Below the pieces are notes generated by a model. The model had not been told where the DNA came from, did not search any database, and saw only the letters and a list, made by a program, of their open reading frames with translations. A program made the position numbers and the translations under genes. A DNA stretch of 64,000 nt from Mobula hypostoma (taxonomy: Eukaryota): NCBI RefSeq assembly GCF_963921235.1, contig NC_086097.1, forward strand, positions 200,820,001 through 200,884,000. The letters run 5' to 3'. This document shows positions 36,843 to 50,135 of this stretch, piece by piece (within the stretch, counting starts at the first letter, position 1; every line of letters begins with the position of its first letter).

Positions 36843-39800
36843 TGTAGAGTAACGTAAAGGGTGACAGATGACACATATTCTTCATTATAGGGACTGTTCT
36901 ACATAATTCACAAATACCATCATTGAGTTAGGTTCACTTTAAGATACAGTGTCTGACATAATGATGCCTGTGTGAGGCCAATGTCTTTGGTTTGTTCGTA
37001 ATGGAAGCAAATGCTGTGGCTTTCTTAAGCACATAAAACAACTCTCGCATGTTATATTCACCAATCTTACGTAGGTGAATTTGATGTGCTTGGATGATTC
37101 CAGAGTTATTCCACGACAAGTCGCTCCGGAGCTGCTGGAGTTTTGGGAGCAGCACACTACCGCGTCGTTTGCACAGATGGAAACCCATATTGTGCTGCAA
37201 GAAATCACTGCGGACAATACCAAATTTTACAATGGCGTAGCATCACTAAGTAGTCCCACTGCCTCCAGAGTGGTGAGTCTACTAGAAGATCCGCCTGCAT
37301 GTGATAAATATGTCATTCTGAAAACCCACCTATTACAGACTTCTGGACTGTCTGAGTCTGGGTGCACCAAACAGTTCCTCTTTTTGCCAGCTTGGGTGAT
37401 ACTAGACCTTCAGAATTAATGGACCACATGCTATCACCCCTAGTCAAACACTTCTTTGTTTCATTTTTAAAGAACTTTTTATGCAACAATGATCAAGTTC
37501 GCACAGCCCTCGCTAAAAACACATGTGAAGGACTATAGGAAGCCTGTTAAAATGGCCGATAGCCTACGCTCATCCAGGCAGAAGTGCATCATTCCTCCTC
37601 TGTTCCCTGTCTCAATAAGCCCTGTCAGCAGAGTCTCCAGCAGACTGCCGCCCGCGGATCTGATTAAGACAACGGCAGGTCTATGTTTTAACCATGCACA
37701 CTTCGCCACAAATGCCAAGGAGAGCCGATCGTCATGCAACTTACACGGTGCCAGCACATCAGGACATTGGAGGTATGTGAACACTGTGGGTTCCAGCTGC
37801 TAGGGCCGTCTATTGTTTGTTATAGTCACCCTTTCAGGGCAATGCATCCTGTGTGAAATAGGCAGTCGAGTGAGTGTGCTGCCAGCATCACCGATTGATT
37901 ATAAGGCAGAGAACAGCGGGCCCTCACAGGAGGCCACAATGGCTGAAAGGTCCGGGCTTACGGGACATGATGTGTGATGCTCTGCCTCAGTGGACAACAC
38001 TACACATGGGAGTTTGTCTGGCTAAAGTTGCTAGACCTCTGCTTGGCACAGATTTCATGTGCACCAAAGGACTGGTAGCAGTTCTTAAGAACTGCCAGTT
38101 TGTGGACACAAAGGACTTTAGGTTGTTACCCTGTACCCTCAGAAAGTTCCCCACGATTACTCTGTCTTCCGCATGCACCACTACATGTGAATTCACTCGC
38201 CAGCCCACATTTTCCACTACCGTCACAAAGTATATGGTCCAGCACTCCATTTCCACAACTCGTTCGCTGGTCCACACCTGTGCAAGTCAACTGGACTCAG
38301 AAAAGTTGGCCAGTGTGAAGGCTGACTTTGCTAACGTAGAAATGCTTGGCATTGTATGCAGGTCAAAGAGCCCTTGGGCTTCACCCCCCACATGTTCCCT
38401 AAGCTGCCTTAATGAAGCCACCACCCCCAATCATTACACAGCCCTATATACTGAAGACTTTTCCAAACATCGAGCTGGAAAGATGATTTTTTTTCTAAAG
38501 TGGAATCAGGCAGGGGCTACTATCAGGTGCCTGTGTGCTCTGATGACACTCCCAAAACCGTGTGGCCTATTTCAGGTTGGGCTGAAAAATGCAGTCTAGA
38601 CTTTCTAGTGACTAATTGACTTTGTGTTAAAAGATTTTGATGTTCTTTTTGTTTATCTGGACGACGTACTTGGACAGCATCCAAAACCCAACACATGTAA
38701 AACTTTGCACACTTTTCAAGTGCTTAAGCCAATGTGGACTGATTATTAATGCCGTTAAATGCCACTTTGGGTTGTCTACTATTCACTTTCTTGGGCACCA
38801 CATCTCTGCAGAAGGTGTGAAACCCCCACTATCAAAAGGCATCGCTATTATGGACTTTTCACTATCCTGCACTAGCAAAACATTGCAAGTTTTTAAGTAC
38901 AACGAACTTCAATCACCCTTTCATTATGCAATCTGCTGAATTTATGCTCCCCTTGTATACTGCCCTTAAAGTCAATGCCAGTAATTGCCTGTGTGAATAG
39001 TCAGCAGACATGACCAGACGACTTGACGACATCAGGTGAGCTCTTTTGAATGGAATCCTACCAGCACACCCATTCCCCAACGTACCTATAGCCATCACTA
39101 CAGATGCCTCACATTAGGCTGGGGGTGCTGAGCATTAAAGTTGGTTGAAGGTGTGTGGCAACTGCTCGCCTTCTTCAGCAATGCAGCACGGCATATCACC
39201 TGCAGTCCAATGGCCCGTGCGAGCATTTTCACCGTTCCTTGAACACAGCTCTGAGGGCCTTGCTGATAGATGAGTGTTGGCATGATCGTCTCCCGAGGGT
39301 CTTGCTTGGGCTGAGAACATCTCCAAGAAGGAGACCTTTTGGAGATGGTGCCAGATGCCATGACTGCCTGATCGGCCCTTCTCTGTAAACTCAAGACTTT
39401 TACACCTATTCCTACCTCCCATCAAGGCATATAGAACACTTGGATTCCAGTTGACCTATGTCCTACCCCATTCGTTTTGTCCGCTATGAAGCACATCAAC
39501 ACCCCCTTAACCCCCCTTACGATAGTCAGTTTCATGTTTTGGAACAGGGAGAAAAAATTTTTACTGTAGATGGAAAGGGTAAACCTTGAATATATTATTG
39601 TAAATTGGTTTAAACTGGCCCACCAAGACCTGGGTTGTTCCACTATCATACACCCTACGTCACAATATGACTATGTGCATGTCAGCACCGCTGGACAAGC
39701 CAGAGGTACCTGCAGTTACTCCAACCAGGGAACATAGTTCCTGAGTTGGGTGATTCGTTCAAGCTCCACACAGAACAAGGGTGCCAGTTTTGGTGAATTC

Positions 39801-40041
39801 TTCGGGGCTGTGTAGGGTAACGTAATAGGTGACAGATGACACATGTTGTTCATAATAGAAATTGTTCTACACAATTCACAAATACCATCATTAAGTTGGT
39901 CTGTACACTTTAAGAGATAGTGTCTGATGTATTGACGTCAGAGTAAGGCAACTGTTTTTGATTTGTTCATAATGAAAGTAAAGGGCTGTAGCTTTTGTTA
40001 AGCACATAAAATGACTGCATGTTTTATTCACAAATCCTGCA
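36843..40041 (+). mobile_element. Ty3/Gypsy LTR retrotransposon, degraded, LTRs 36843-37071 and 39811-40041
   Basis: Paired diverged LTRs; perfect 4-bp TSD AGTC; gag (LLEFWEQH..FAQME), SKSPWASP, FVYLDDVL RT motif at ~38650, IN remnant HLQSNGPCEHFHRSL. Confidence 0.88.
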
Positions 40042-40813
40042 AGTCCATTGGTTGTGGTAACAGTTCAATGATGGGGCGAGAAAAGTTGAGTGAAGTTATC
40101 CTTCTAATTCAAGAGCCTGATGGTTGAGGGGTAATAACTGCTTCTGAACCTGGTGGTGTGGGTCCTGAAGCTTCTGTACCTTCTCCTTGAGAGCAGCAGC
40201 AAAAAGAGAGCATGGGCTGGGTGGTGGGGATCTTTGATGATCGATGCTGCTTTCCTGCGTCTGCGCCCTGTGTAGATGTGCTCAGTGGGGCGAGGAGTTT
40301 ACCTGTGATGGACTGGGCCATATCCACTACTGTTTGGAAGGGTTTCCATTCAAGGGCATTGGTGTTTCAATGCCGGGCCGTGTTGCAACAAGTCACTATA
40401 CTCTCCACCACTTATCTATATAAGCTTGTCAAAGTTTTAGATGTCATTCTGAATCTTCGCCAACTTCTAAGGAAGTAGAGGTTCTGCTATGCTTTCTTCA
40501 TAATTACACTTAGAGGCTGGGCCCAGGGCAGATCCTCTGAAATAATATCACTGAGGAATTTAAAGTTGCTCACACTCACCACCTCTGATCCCCCAATAAG
40601 GACCGAATTACGGACCTCCGGTTTTCTCCTTCTGAAGTCAATAATCAGTTCCGTGGTCTTGATGACATTGAGTAAGAGGTTATTGTTGTGGCAGATTTTC
40701 AAATGCCCTCCTGTATGCTGAATTGTCACCACCTTTGTCTCGGCCAACAACAGTGGTGTCGTCAGCAAATTTGAATATGGCATTGGAGCTGTGCGTAGCC
40801 TCACAGACACAAG

Positions 40814-43800
40814 TGTAACGTGCTGTAATATTCACTGCTGAAGTAATGGTTTCTCTGTAGCGGCCATGTTTGGGTTATGGCTGGAGATGACCGGACTGGT
40901 GATGCACGTTAGCCAGTCAGGATTTTGTGTGCCCTGTCTTGTGATTCTGGAAGCAGTTGTTTTTGCAGGTTTTTGCCAGAAGGAGAAGGAGAGGGAGAGA
41001 TGAAGAGAGAAGACACGAATGGAGAAATCTGGTAGACCACCAGCCGGAGTGGACCACAAGCCGGGGGTCCGCAGGTTGGTGACGTTCGGAGGCAATCGAT
41101 GGTGGACGTATGCCTACTGAGTGAGCTCCAACTGGGACTTTGACTTTGACTTGGGGCCTTTTTTTTGTTTTGTTTGTTTTGAATATACTAACCCTGTATT
41201 CCAATTAAAATTCATAAAATTTGTCATTTAATTACATATGGTGTACTGTCCGGTATTTTGCATTGTGGGTTTGTAACTGGGGGTACGTTACACAGCATCC
41301 ACACAAACGTGATTACCCAGTTTGTCAGGGCCACAGGCTGATTCCCCAAGACGAACGCGAGCTGGGCGAGCCTGCGGGTTACAATGGTGGGGGCTACATC
41401 CGGGATTGATTCCGTTGGATGCTGTGTGATTGCCCTGTTTAAATCAGTGCTGGTATGGATGCTGCTGGGGTACAGCAGTGGTGTGCCTTTGTGGGGTTGC
41501 CGGTAATTAATACGTGCATGTTGAGTGGGGTGGATATTCGTACTCCGGATGAATCGCTAATTCGATTATTGAGTATGATTAAGGCTATTGGCAAAGTTGA
41601 AATCGTAGTGCAAAAGTTTGATAAAATGGCGGGCTCAGACCTTGTTTTAGTTCAGACTAGTGCTGACGTAACGGTGGTGGGGCTGCCAGTGTCTAGCGGT
41701 GCCCCAGGTGAGGTGGGGCCATGGCCTGTCCGTACTGTCAGGAGGGAGGAGAAGGGAGCCTAGCAGGCTGGGTCACAAGCTGAGTTGCCCGCAGCTGGGG
41801 GCGGAGATTTCAAAGACAGGGTTTTATCGTTTCTGAGGAGTGAGGGGAACGAGTAGTCAGATTTGGAATGTCTAATTAGTCCCCGACTCCCAGTGAAGAG
41901 TGAGGGTTCTGAGGTAGTATCCGTCCTTACTTCTCTGGCTAATGAATGGAAAAATCAGAATCAAATTCCCAGCTATGGCAGGTTCCGCCTGTTCTCTGAA
42001 ATAACGCCCACCCCTATAGGGGAGGAGGAGTATGAGACGTGGGCGGAACGGACCTCTCAGTTGTTAGATGAGTGGCAGTGCTCGGATGAGGAAAAGCAAC
42101 AGAGATTGGTTGAAAGTTTGAATGGGTGGGGTGCCAACGTTGTCAACTGTCAGGTTAGATTATATCACAGCGACAGCTGTAAATTATCTGCAAACACTGG
42201 ACAATACGTTTGTTCCGACTGGAAGCCCAAGGCAGCTCCTGGTGGGGGTTCAAAACCTGCGTTAGGAGAAGGGGAGAGGCTTTCTGCTTACATTTTTCAG
42301 CTAGAGAGGCAGTTAAATTGCTTGCGGTGCAGAAGGGTCGTTCAGGCGGCTGAGGTGGATCAGTTCAGAATGGACCAGATAGCCAGGAGCACCCAGTCCC
42401 ATGACCGGATTGCGTAGGGTCTCCGACAGTCTCGTAAGACGTGCCCCTCCCCTCCATCTTTTGTTGAGCTGATCAGAGAGGTACGGGAAGAGGAGAATGC
42501 GGCAGAGGCATGGGAGGACTCAGTCAGCAGGGTACAGTCCTCGGTAGTAGTCCCCTGGTGGTGAAGTGACAGGGGCCAGCCCAACCCGGGAAATGGTAAA
42601 GAAGATGGTGGCAGAGCTGAGAACTGAGATGTTCCAGGGTTTCACAGCAGGTGTGGACGCTCTGTATGACAGGACTGGTAGGGAGGGGCCCCTCCCCCCA
42701 AGGGACAGACCACGCAGAGGGCTGCGGGTGGCTGGGATTCCATGAGAAGATGGGCGGCCGGTAGCGTCTTCTATAACTGTGGGAAAGAGGGACACTCCCG
42801 GTGGGAATGTGAGCGGCAGGAAGCCCCTCGGAGAGAGAGCCCATGGGTTTCTAAGCAGGGAGAGGTGTTGGGAAACTTAGAGGAGACCCAGTGAGGGAAT
42901 GGCCTGGTGTCTCTGGGGGAACACGTTCCCAGCAATGCACCAAGGAACTCTGAAAGCGAAAGACCCTATTCCTGAAGGCTTAGTGGGACCACACCGAGTG
43001 TGTCCCAACGGGTGTATGAGGGACTGGACATGGACGAGGAGTGGGTGAGCGTTCCTGCCCTGGGGTGAAGGCCATGTGTCAGTTTGCCATCACCATGAAG
43101 GCAGAGGACAAAGAGAGGCCGGATTGAGCAGTGGATCAAATGGGGGCTTCTGATGACGCCATACCCTAAGTTTACTGTAACCTGAGTGCTCTGAAGACAA
43201 ATCAGCTGCCAGAATTGAGTTCTGGGGAAGAGGCAGTGGCTCAGCAAGATGATCTAGGCATTGGCACTATTTGGTCCGCGGTTGAAAAGGGAGACATGGT
43301 TCAGGTGGAGAAGACAAAACACGTTTCAGTCCCTCCATTACTGAAAGAATGGCCTCGGTTGGAGTTGAAGAACCAGATCTTATACTGGGTCACGTCACCC
43401 CCGGACCGATCTCGACGTTGCCAGCTGGTTCTGTACGAGAAGTATCAAAGGATTGCGTTGAAGTCATTTCATGATGATTCTGGACACTTGGGGGTGGAAA
43501 AGACCTATGGATTGCTCAGAGATCAGTTTTACTGGCCCCGAATGAAGTCGGAGGTTGAAGAATACTGCAAGTTGTACATTCGATGCATACGGTGGAAGAA
43601 ACTGCCTACGCGGGCAGCTCCTTTGTCCCACTTGCAGAGTGCAGGGCCCCTGGGCCTGGTGTGTATGGATTTCCTGTCCACAGAACCCGATACCAGCAAC
43701 ACGGTAAATGTCTTAGTCATCACAGACCACTACACCAGATATGCTCAGGCGTTTCCTATCAAGGACCAGAGGGCAACTACAGTGGCAAAAGTGTTATGGG

Positions 43801-45115
43801 AGAAGTATTTCGTTTATTATGGCCTTCCCAGGCGGATACATAGTGACCAGGGACAGGACTTCGAGAGCAGACTCATCTATGAGTTATTGGGCATGCTTGG
43901 AGTTGAGAAGTCGAGAACTATGCCCTATCACCCGCAGGGCGATCCCCAGCCTGAGAGGTTTAATCAGACCTTGCTAGACATGCTCCGGACCCTGCAAAAA
44001 CGCGGGTGACTGCAGGGCCCACAGAAGGAGAGGCTGGGCTGGGGCCCACCGATGAGAGGGATACTGAATCGGAGGATGATGATCTGGATGTGTGGTACAT
44101 GCTGCCTTTCGCTAATTCCCCATTGATTGAGGAAGAGACTCCTGGCCCTTCTACCACTGAGTCAGGTGAGGTGGAGGGGGCTATCTGTGGGCAGCCTGGG
44201 TTACAGCAGGACCCTGAAGGAGAGGAAGCAGGGCCTGGACACGGGACAGGGGGCTCCGAGTTGCAGGGGGGCATGAGTGATAGATCGAGGGAGGACTTGC
44301 CAAGTAGACCCAAAGTATCCCCAGTAGCGTCTGAGCCTGAAGAGTTAGGTAAGGAGGGACAGAGGTCTCAGAGAAGTAGGAAACCACTGGATAGGTTGGC
44401 CTATATTGTGCCTGGGGAACAGGGTGTGATCTCTACTGTTTTGGGGTGCTATGTCACTGCCTTTTGCACCTGGATTGGGCTTTGTGTTTTGCCGGGAGGG
44501 CTGGTGAACTGTCTCAACATCATGACTAAATTTGGTGGGGGGAGAGTGTAATGCGCTGTAATGTTCACTGCTGAAGTAATGGTTTCTCTGTAGCGGCCAT
44601 GTTTGGGTTATCGCTGGAGATAACCGGACTGTTGATGCATGTTAGCCAATCAGGATTTTGTTGCCCTGTCTTCTGATTCTGGAAGCAGTTGTTTTCATGG
44701 GCTTTTGCCAGAAGGAGAAGGAGAGGGAGAGATGAAGAGAGAAGACGCAAATGGAGAAATCTGGTAGATCGCTGGCCGGAATGATCTCCAAGAAGCGGGG
44801 GTCTGAAGGTTGGTGACGTTTGGAGGCGATCGATGGTGGAAGAGTGCCTACTGAGTGAGCTCCAACTGGGACTTTGACTTTGACTTGGGCCCTTTTTTTT
44901 GTTTTGTTTATTTTCATTACTAACCCTATATTCCAATTAAGGTTCATAAAGTCTATCATTTAATTGCATATGGTGTACCGTCTGATATTTTGCGTTGTGG
45001 GTTTGTAATTGGGGGTACATTACACAGCATCCACACAAACGTGATTACCCAGTTTGTCGGGGCCACAGGCTGATTCCCCTAGACAAACGTGAGCTGGGCG
45101 AGCTTGAGGGTTACA
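40814..45115 (+). mobile_element. Ty3/Gypsy LTR retrotransposon with PNMA-like gag, PR/RT/RH mostly deleted; LTRs 40814-41383 and 44547-45115
   Basis: ~570-bp paired LTRs TGTAA...TTACA; tRNA-Pro-like PBS TGGGGGCT.C.TCCGGGAT; PPT GGTGGGGGGAGAG; gag LFSEITPTP..EEYETW..W..SDEEK. Confidence 0.9.
43215..44009 (+). pseudogene. Gypsy integrase fragment (HHCC Zn domain plus DDE core)
   Basis: [41 protein letters not shown]. Confidence 0.88.
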
Positions 45116-45599
45116 ATGTTGGGGGCTATGTCCAGGATTGATTCCGTTGGATGCTATGTGATTGCCCTGTTTAAATTTGAATATGGCATTGGAGCCTCAC
45201 AGACATAAGTATAAAATGAGTCAAGCAGGGGTTAAGTATACAACCGAGTGGTGCACCTGTGCCAATGGAGGTTGTGGAGGAGATTTTTTTTTCCAATCTG
45301 AACTGACTGGGGTCTGCAAGCAAGGAAATCGAGGAACCAATTGCACAAGGAGGTATTAAGGCATATTGATTCGTTTTGAGGAGATGATAGTATGGCTGAG
45401 CTATAGTTGATAAAGAGCATCCTGATGTATGCATCTTCGCTGTCCAGATGTTTCAGAGTTCAGTGAAGAGCCAAAGAAATGACATATGCTGTCGGCCTTT
45501 TGTGATGGTAGGTAAATTAGAGCAGAGCTTCTCAGGCAGATGTTTCATCACAAGCTGCAGATTGCAGTGGGGGTAATTCAGAAGTATATTGAGAAGTTT

Positions 45600-46092
45600 T
45601 ATAACCAGACAGCAGCACATTGCCGTGGTTCAGCAGCACCATCTTGGTGCCTCCATGGTAGATCTTGGTGAGCTATACCATGGAGACTATCCTGACTGGA
45701 AGCTCCAATGCAAAGGATCGAAAGGGGCTGCAGATGGTTGAGGACTCAGACTTCTCCATCATGAGCACAAACCTCCCCATCAGTGAGGACATCTTCAAAG
45801 GTGGCATCCATCATTAAGGATCCTCACCATCCCAAACATGCACTCTTCTCATTACTACCATCAGAGACAAGGTACAAAAGCCTGAACTTACAGTTTCTGC
45901 ATTTTAGAAACAGTTTCTTCCCCTCTGAATGGTCCATAAACCCATAATACTTCCTTACTATTCCTCTTTTGCACAATTTTGTTTATTTTTTATTGTAATT
46001 TTGAGTAATTTATATATCTTGCACTGTACTGCTTCCAGAAAACAACAAACTCCATGACATATGTCAGTGATATTAAGCATGATTCTGATTCT
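45600..46092 (+). mobile_element. Rex1/Babar-like LINE 3' fragment
   Basis: ASIIKDPHHPKHALFSLLPS-like reading; (GATTCT)n tail. Confidence 0.65.
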
Positions 46093-46384
46093 CATATCAA
46101 ACAGATATTTATATCATCCAGGTTCAAAGCAGATTTGTGCACTTTTTATATATTGTATAAGCTAAACTATCAGCACCAAATAAGAGACTCTCGCGGAATC
46201 ACCTAGGAAAATTGGGTCTAACTCGGTGGGCAATATTGTTGGCATGGAATTGTAGAGCCAAAAGGTCTCTACCCATGCTGTATTGCTCTATGATTCTGTG
46301 ACTCTATCATATAACGGTTAAAATTGCATTAAGAATAAACACCACCAACCAGTCTTGTGTTGTACTAATAATCACCAGCCCATT

Positions 46385-47115
46385 TACCTCCTCCCTCACC
46401 TCCATTCAGGGTCCTAAACAGTGCTTCCAGGTGAGGCAACAATTCACGTGAGTATCTGCTGGGGTCACCTATTATACCTGGTACCCCCAATACCTGATAG
46501 AGACCTGACAGAGATTGGGGGACCGTTTTGTTGATTACCTTCACTCCATCTGCAAAATGCAGGATTTCCAGGTGCCAAACAATTTTTATCCCAATCCCCA
46601 TTCCCATTCTAACATGTTGGTCTATAACCTTCTCTACTATCATGATGAGGCCACTCTCAGGTTAGAGGAGTAATACCTCATATTTCATCTGAGTAGCCTC
46701 CAACCTGATGGCATGAACATCGAATTCTCTAATTTCTGGTAATTTCCGCTTCCCTCTTCTACCATTCCCCATACTGACTCTCCTCTTTTCTCTTTTCTTC
46801 TCTTCATCTGTCTATCACCTCCTTCCCTTTCTCCCATCGTCCACTGTCCTCTCTTATCAGATTAATTCTTCCCCAGCCCCTTTTCCACCTATCAACTCCC
46901 AGTTTCTTCCTTCATCCCCCTTCTCACCACCTGGCCTCAACTTTCACCTTCTAGCTTGCACTCCTTCCCCACCCCCCACCCTCCTTCTTATTCTAGCTGC
47001 CTGCCCCTTCATTACAGTCTTGATGAAGAGGCTCAGCTTGAAACATCAACTGTTAATTCCTTTCCATAGGTGCTGCCTGACCTGCTGAGTTCCTCCAGCA
47101 TTTTGTGTGACTTAC
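46385..47115 (+). mobile_element. Old Penelope 3' fragment (GIY-YIG remnant plus pLTR)
   Basis: Clear similarity to 20175-20920; degenerate hammerhead at ~47015-47052. Confidence 0.8.
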
Positions 47116-47993
47116 TCTTGTGTTGTACTAAGATACTTATGGCTATCTGGTCAAATGATGAAGTCAACCTGTGCTAAATCTTCAAATATCTTCCTCTCCT
47201 AATGCCTGCTATAATATGAAACTCACAAGTTAGTCCTTTAAAATGTGACCTAAAACATATGCTCATTCACACATTCCTCTGAGTCAGATCTGAGCCCTGT
47301 TCCACAGATATCCAAACTGAATTTGAGCTGGCACTTTGTGCAGTACCAGAGTGTTGACTTTTGGAGAAAATATTCAGAAACAGAATCAAAATCAAAATCT
47401 TTTAAATGTTAAGCAGGAATTGTTTTTGTACTGTATAGCCTACAGTATAATAATGGACGACTTCATGTTTTAGTAACATGTCGTTGAATTAGGCGCATAT
47501 TGATCTGTATGTGTGTGCCAAGTTCGGATTATTGCAGTAAAGAACCATGAAACTTAGCTCCCCGTCTCCAGCGTTTTTATTAATAGCATTGTAGTGTAAC
47601 CAGGCCACATACACAACAAATTGTCAACGAGGTTAACGAACCTATATCTTATCAGAACGCCGTGTTTCAGTTGATAACAACACTAGGAGGAAGAGCACAA
47701 GGAACGGGCTAAGGAGCAGAAGAAGGAGGCAGAGCGAGGCCACGAGTCCGAAAGGAAGCAGGAGAACAGCCGGGGTTGGGAACGTCGGGAGACCAAGAGA
47801 CACAGTCAGAGCCGCAGCACGTCCAGGCGAGACCACAGCCGGCACTGACCCCCAGGGGCTGAGGGTCTGCCTGCCCCAGAAGGGAGATAAAAAGACACAC
47901 ACCTAGATGGAGTGTGCTCGTGGTGTTAGCAAAAAGGACACGTGAGTCAAAAAGAAAGCAAGGGGAAAACGGGGCTAAATTAACATAACAAAG

Positions 47994-49199
47994 ATGGCGA
48001 TGATTGGAACTATTACAGCATTTGATAGTGACTCTGAAGACTGGGCAATTTACATTGAGAGAGTGGAATTATCTTGTGAGGCTAACTGTGTTAAGGATGA
48101 AAAGAGAGCCAGCGTCTTACTCAGTATTATGGGAGCAAAAACATACGGTCTGCTACGGAGCTTGTTAGCTCCTGAAAAGCCAGCTGACAAAACGTTCAAG
48201 CAAATAGTAGACACCCTCCAACACCATTTAAGCCCCAGACCACTGGTCATTGCTGAACGATTTAAATTTCACAATCGGAATCAAAGCAAAAATGAAAGCA
48301 TTTCTGAATATTGTGCTGAATTGCACAAATTATCAGAACATTGTCAATTTGGAGCTGGTCTATCAGACGCATTGAGGAACAGGTTAGTGTGTGGCATGCA
48401 CTGTGAAACCACACAGAAGAAGCTTCTGTGTGAAAGAGAACTTACATTCGAGAGAGTGCTAAACATTGTAATATCAACGGAAACCGTGGCACGGGGTGCT
48501 TCTGAGATACAACAGAAACCTCTGGAATATCCCACAAATAAAATGTCACTGAACAGGAATGAAGGAAAGAAAAGTTACCGTTGTGGGAACAGGTCACATG
48601 ACCCAGATGACTGTTGGTTTGAAGACAAAGAATGCTGAAACTGCAGCAAGCAGGGCCACACTGGCAGAGTATGCAAAGCTAGTCAACAGCAGAAAAAGGG
48701 CAAAATACAGAGAAACAAGAAACCCCAGCAAGGAAAATACAACAAGGTACATAAAATGGAAGAAAACAGTTCTGATGAAAACGGTTCAGACGAAAGTGAA
48801 TCGTCTTGTCTGCAACTTCACAGCGTGAAAGAGACAGATGATCGAAGAGTAATAAGGATCACTCCACAAGTGGCAGGCGTGAGAGTGAAAATGGAGTTGG
48901 ACACAGGCTCAGCTTTAACAGTCATCTCTGTACACGACTACAAATGACTGTTTTCTCTCATAACTCTGAAACGAACTAAGCTACTGCTAAAGACCTACAC
49001 AGGGCAGAAAGTGCGTCCCAAAGGTAAAATTAAAGTGACAGTGACCCACGGAAACAAAACACAGTGGCTGAACCTCTATGTACTGAAAAATGGAGGACCA
49101 CTGCTGCTGGGATGTGAATGGCTCAGGAAAATCCAGTTGGATTGGCACACCATCAAGGCACTAGATGCGTCAACAAAGGAGGGCAGCTCGATGGGGAAG
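47994..49199 (+). pseudogene. Gypsy gag (with CCHC knuckle) plus aspartic protease, one frame with two TGA stops
   Basis: FDSDSEDWAIYIERVE..LLSIMG..IAERFKFHNRNQ..LRNRLVCG; C*NCSKQGHTGRVC; MELDTGSA..LLGCEWL. Confidence 0.9.
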
Positions 49200-50135
49200 A
49201 TGTCCGCAGCTCTCCTCTCATCCATTGTCGACTATTACAATGACGACGAGGAGCTAGACAGCATTGACGATGAGGACAAACGCAGTATCCGTGGCTGTGA
49301 CTTGGATGAAGATACAGAGGATGCAAGGGAGATGGATATTGCTAATAAGCAGGATGATGAAGACTACCTGGAAGTAAAAGAGCAGATGTACCAGGATAAA
49401 TTGACATCTCTCAAAAGGCAGCTACAGCAGTTACAGGAAGGCACCTTGCAGGAGTATCAGAAAAGGATGAAGAAACTAGATCAACAATACAAGGAAAAAA
49501 TACAAAATGCAGAGCTTTTTCTGCAACTGGAGACAAAACAAGTGGAAAGGAATTATATTAAAGAGAAGAAAGCAGCAGTGAAGGAATTTCAAGATAAAAA
49601 GATTGAATTAGAAGAAAAGAAAAAGATGATTGAGAATGAGAGGCTAACAATGGAACTCACAGGAGATTCTATGGAGGTAAATCCAATAATGACTAGGAAA
49701 CTAAGGAGGAGACCTAATGACCCTGGTCCAATTACAGACAAAAGACGAAAACCTGCACCTGTGCAGTTAAATTACTTGTTAACGGATGAACAGATAATGG
49801 AAGATCTGCGAACTCTCAATAAGCTTAAATCTCCGAAAAGATCAGCATCTCTATCTTCTCCTGAGCATCTTCCCAGCACTCCTGCTGAAACACCAGCACA
49901 AAGATATGAAGCACGAATAGAAGATGGAAAGTTATATTGCGATAAGAGATGGTATCACAAAGGTCAGGCTATCTATTTGGAATCTAAGGAGAATACGAAG
50001 ATTGGCTATGTAATTAGCTCAGTTGGAACAAATGAGATATGGGTAAGGAAGACAAGTGATAGCATAAAGATGTGTATATACCTAGGAGAGCTGCACAGAG
50101 GAGTCTTCATTACTTAGAGGCGATCTGCTGCTTAA
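49200..50135 (+). pseudogene. SUDS3: Intronless retrocopy of SUDS3 (Sin3 histone deacetylase corepressor complex component SDS3)
   Basis: [135 protein letters not shown] matches recalled vertebrate SUDS3 end to end. Confidence 0.95.

Larger units (their letters stand above)
36570..45560 (-). mobile_element. Rex1/Babar-like LINE hosting two Gypsy insertions
   Basis: Segments 36570-36842, 40042-40813 and 45175-45560 are collinear (3' UTR, RT C-terminus, TGAPLGC/RPQSV motifs). Confidence 0.75.

Noticed and set aside
41455..42800. Domesticated PNMA-like gene
   Set aside because: Several stops and frameshifts, and still inside paired LTRs with an integrase
44006..44551. 181-aa acidic ORF as an extra captured gene or env
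   Set aside because: Fits the low-complexity C-terminal tail of Gypsy integrase ([12 protein letters not shown]) after an internal deletion
49200..50135. The functional host SUDS3 gene
   Set aside because: Intronless, LTR-flanked and fused to a protease, with an internal deletion, a premature stop and substitutions at conserved residues; it is a retrocopy
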